DNA of 64,000 bases from an uncultured Acidobacteriota bacterium (GTDB lineage: Bacteria; Acidobacteriota; Thermoanaerobaculia; Multivoradales; UBA5704). The notes below the pieces were generated by a model. It did not search any database, had not been told where the DNA came from, and saw only the letters and a list, made by a program, of their open reading frames with translations. The position numbers were made by a program, and so were the translations under genes. Below, piece by piece: positions 60,749 through 64,000 of the stretch (the first letter of the stretch is position 1; the number at the start of each line of letters is the position of its first letter). The stretch is taken from the NCBI GenBank assembly GCA_963770895.1, contig CAVYRF010000002.1, positions 2,592,001-2,656,000 of the forward strand, given 5' to 3'.

Positions 60749-63700
60749 ATGAAAAGTCCGAGCATCCTGGTCCGTCGTTCTCGAACTCTCCAACCGCTCT
60801 CATGGCGAATGCTCGTCCTGACGCTGTCGCTCATGGCGTTGTCGGCGATTGTTTTGGCGCCGCAAGCCGCTCTCGCGCAGCACCCGCAATCTTGTATTCC
60901 CGCGGCGGGCTGCGGCTACGACTCGTGCGCTACACCTGCAATGCCGGTGCCGACCTCCAACTGGGGAACGCTCAAGCCGGTGGACACCCCCGGCCAGCGC
61001 CTGCCGGCAAGCCGCGACGTGACCGCGTTCAGCGAGTACCTGGCTGCCTACACCAACAACCCTTACTTCTATTCGATCGATATCCAAAACGGCTATGCCT
61101 TCGCGCTGATGACCTTCGGCGTTCAGATCTTCAACCTGAATACCGATCCAAACATCCAGAACGGCCCGACGGCCTATCTCAGCTATACCAGTTTCCCGTT
61201 TTGGGCGACGGGCGAAGCCAATAAGACGCCGCTGCAGGACATCGCCTTCCCCGCCGGCAACGACACGCTGGGCGTGGTGGTCGGCATGCAGGGCCCCGGC
61301 ACCGCGATCATCGACACCACCAACAAGTCCATGCCCCGCCTGCTGTATCAGAACGGCGGCAACGGCACGGATGCGACCGCGGCGTATGCGGCGCAGATCA
61401 ACGGCACCAACTACGCTTTTACGGTCAATCTTTCCGGGCCGGGCGCGGTGCACGTCTTCAACATGGACGCCGCCCGCGCCCTGTACAACTCGACCGGCCA
61501 CTATTGCGCAGAGGCGGCGGTGGGCACGTCCTGCCCCGGCGTCTACGTCGGACAGATCGGCACCGGTGGCGACGCCTATATCTCGGGCGTCGACCACTAC
61601 ATCGTGGTCAGCTCGGGGTCCAGCGTCGGCTATCAGGTCTGGGACGTATCGTCACCGGCGTCGCCGGTACACGCGGCCAGCGGTCTCAGCGATCGCGCCA
61701 TCTACGGTGTCGCCATGTGGAAGGATACCGCTGGTAATTATTACGTTGCCGGCCGGGCCGCTCCCAACTTCGCCAATCCTTCGCTCCCCTTCGAGTTGAA
61801 CATCACCAACGCCAACTGCATCAGCAACCACTGCGTCGGCACGGCGCCGACGATGCTCTCCACCTTCGTGGACACCGGCGATACGGGGACCCAGTCGTTC
61901 TTCCTCACCTTCTCGCGTCAGGGCGACGGCACGCCGTTCCTTTACATGGGCAGCGACGAGGACTGCGGCTCGCCGACGCCGCAGCGCGAATACCTGCTCA
62001 ACGTGAGCAATCCGTCGGCGCCGACGGACATCACGCCGCCGGCCACCGCGTCGGGCGGCTATTGGGGCTGGTACTACCGCGAGAACGTCGCGACCGGCTT
62101 CAACTACGTCATGCCGCGCCGGGGCAAGTTCTTCGGCAACAACTTCTACCGCGTCGCGCAGTCGATCTTCGACATTCACCAGCACGTCGGTGCCACTGCC
62201 CCGAACGCCAACTTCACCTGGAATCCGTCGCAGATCTATCCCGGCACGCCGGTCACGTTCTCCGACGAGTCGGGCGGCACGCCGACCTCGTGGAGCTGGA
62301 CGTTCTCGCCGGACGGCACCAGCGCCAATGCGACGGCGCAAAACCCGACGGCGACCTTTGCGTCGGCCGGGCCGAAGAGCGTGTCGCTGACCGCCATCAA
62401 CGGCCAGGGGCGCTCCACCGCCACCCTGCCGCTCACCGTGCTCAGCGCGCAACCGGCGATCGGCAGCATTTCGGTATCGCCGCCGTCGCCGCTGCAGTGC
62501 CAGCCGGTCACGCTGACCGGAACCGGTGTCACAGGTGAGCCACCGCTGACCTATGCGTGGGCGATCACCGAAAATACGGCCCCTGCTCCGGGCGGCACGT
62601 CGTCGGCGACCAGTTTCACCTGGGATACCGCTGCCAATGCCGCCTCTCCCGGCACCTACACGGCGCAGCTGGGGATCTCGGGCGTCGGCACTGGCAGCGC
62701 CTCGGCCTCCTTTACCCTGGGGTCGCTGCCGTCGCTGCCGCTGACGTTCACGCCGACCGCCGGAACGCCAGACAGCGGCGGCAAGGTGATCTTTGGCGCC
62801 GGCGTCGCGGGCGCCACGCAGTGGAACTGGAACTTCGGCGACGGCACCGGCTACCAGGGCTGGACCAACGACCCGGTGAACGGACCCAATCCGCCCCATA
62901 CCTACGCTGCGACCGGCAACTACACGGTGACCGTCCAGGTACGCAACTGCCTGAGCGAAGCCGTGGTGACCAGCAGCTCCATCTCGGTGAACATCACCAG
63001 CGTAACGAAGCTGACCGCCGGCTTCGCGGCGATCTGCGCCTTCGCGCCGTGCGCCTTCACCGCCGGCTCGCCGATCACCTTCACCGACAGTTCGACCGGT
63101 GCCACCACCTGGGACTACGACTGGAACGGTACCGGCACCTTCGCCGACGCCGGCCATGCGGCGCCGGTGACGCAGCACACCTATGCGACCGCGGGCAGCT
63201 ACTCACCGACGCTGCGGGTGCATAACGGCTCGCAGATCGCCACCTACACCATCAGCCCGGCGCTCGTGGTGTACGCGGGGCAGCCGGTGGGCACGCCGAC
63301 GATCTCGGTGGGCGGCGCCACCAGCGGCACGACCGGCACGGCGTACAACTTCAGCGCCGCGGGCTCCAACTGCACCCCCTCCGCCACCTGGGCTTGGAAC
63401 ATCACCGGTGGCGGCACGGTCGCCGGCAGCAGCACCAGCTCCTCGATCGTCGTGACCTGGGCGACGGCCGGCAGCTGGTCGGTCTCCGCCACCAATGCCG
63501 GTTGCGCCGGCGCTTTCGGCAGCCGTTCGATCGTCATCAGCACCTCGGGCAGCGGCACGCCTCCTCCCACCGGCGGTCTGAAGGCCGTGTTCAGCTATTC
63601 GCCGACCTCGCCCAACGCGGGTGCGACGGTCAGCTTCAACGGCTCGGCTTCGACCGGCAGCCCGCAGTCCTATGCGTGGTACTTCGGCGACAGCAATGCC

Positions 63701-64000
63701 GTCGGCGCCACCACGGCGCAGGCGACCCACGTCTACGCCGCGGCCGGCAACTACACCGTCAAGCTGGACGTGTCGGTGCCGGGCACCGGCTCGGGCTGCA
63801 TCCTGGGCACCTGCGTCAACGAAGCGACGGCGACGGTCACGGTCAACTCGGCCGGCGGCGCGCCGCCGCCCACGCCGCTTTCGGCGGACTTCACCTCCAG
63901 CGGCGGGTGCACCAACCTCGCCGGTTTCTTCACCTGCCCGGCGACCGCCAGCCAGTCCGTCACCCTGACCGCCACCGAGACGCGGGGCACCACCTACTCG
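60749..64000 (+). CDS. Large secreted protein with multiple PKD domains, runs off the window (>1080 aa)
   Basis: AGGAG RBS; MKSPSILVRRSRTLQPLSWRMLVLTLSLMALSAIVLAPQAALAQ signal; N-terminal beta-rich region; PKD motifs PTSWSWTF, QWNWNFGDG, TWDYDWNG, SYAWYFGDS..THVYAAAGNYTV. Confidence 0.88.
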   Translation, partial: MKSPSILVRRSRTLQPLSWRMLVLTLSLMALSAIVLAPQAALAQHPQSCIPAAGCGYDSCATPAMPVPTSNWGTLKPVDTPGQRLPASRDVTAFSEYLAAYTNNPYFYSIDIQNGYAFALMTFGVQIFNLNTDPNIQNGPTAYLSYTSFPFWATGEANKTPLQDIAFPAGNDTLGVVVGMQGPGTAIIDTTNKSMPRLLYQNGGNGTDATAAYAAQINGTNYAFTVNLSGPGAVHVFNMDAARALYNSTGHYCAEAAVGTSCPGVYVGQIGTGGDAYISGVDHYIVVSSGSSVGYQVWDVSSPASPVHAASGLSDRAIYGVAMWKDTAGNYYVAGRAAPNFANPSLPFELNITNANCISNHCVGTAPTMLSTFVDTGDTGTQSFFLTFSRQGDGTPFLYMGSDEDCGSPTPQREYLLNVSNPSAPTDITPPATASGGYWGWYYRENVATGFNYVMPRRGKFFGNNFYRVAQSIFDIHQHVGATAPNANFTWNPSQIYPGTPVTFSDESGGTPTSWSWTFSPDGTSANATAQNPTATFASAGPKSVSLTAINGQGRSTATLPLTVLSAQPAIGSISVSPPSPLQCQPVTLTGTGVTGEPPLTYAWAITENTAPAPGGTSSATSFTWDTAANAASPGTYTAQLGISGVGTGSASASFTLGSLPSLPLTFTPTAGTPDSGGKVIFGAGVAGATQWNWNFGDGTGYQGWTNDPVNGPNPPHTYAATGNYTVTVQVRNCLSEAVVTSSSISVNITSVTKLTAGFAAICAFAPCAFTAGSPITFTDSSTGATTWDYDWNGTGTFADAGHAAPVTQHTYATAGSYSPTLRVHNGSQIATYTISPALVVYAGQPVGTPTISVGGATSGTTGTAYNFSAAGSNCTPSATWAWNITGGGTVAGSSTSSSIVVTWATAGSWSVSATNAGCAGAFGSRSIVISTSGSGTPPPTGGLKAVFSYSPTSPNAGATVSFNGSASTGSPQSYAWYFGDSNAVGATTAQATHVYAAAGNYTVKLDVSVPGTGSGCILGTCVNEATATVTVNSAGGAPPPTPLSADFTSSGGCTNLAGFFTCPATASQSVTLTATETRGTTYS

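Overview
Very GC-rich bacterial chromosomal window, about 50 genes, mostly housekeeping. Gene content suggests Acidobacteriota, possibly Thermoanaerobaculia (inference, no search run). Recognisable genes: M1 and M24 peptidases, a PTPS/QueD-family enzyme, polA, dinB, gcvTHP, larE-larB, queA, oppABC-like, fumC, hsp20, hslR, mogA/moaB, sixA-CHAD, a sigma-54 two-component system beside a MacA/MacB-type adaptor and ATPase, an ECF sigma/anti-sigma pair, a ParE-type toxin-antitoxin module, an M23 peptidase and a GHMP kinase. The right end holds a cell-surface locus (wzm, FG-GAP protein, abundant-looking secreted protein, large PKD protein). Missed or miscalled by the ORF track: (1) a SelW/Rdx selenoprotein with in-frame UGA in a CxxU motif and a SECIS-like hairpin (4101-4361, minus); (2) an orphan lanthipeptide-like precursor (52281-52436, minus); (3) a +1 frameshift in an AI-2E transporter; (4) two short ORFs that bridge adjacent genes by stop/start overlaps. 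Best candidates for undescribed systems are the putative S-layer/surface-glycan locus, the DUF4388-TonB plus PstS-OmpA pair, and the ECF/anti-sigma/SxxS-thioredoxin module. No rRNA, tRNA, CRISPR array or IS element was recognised.
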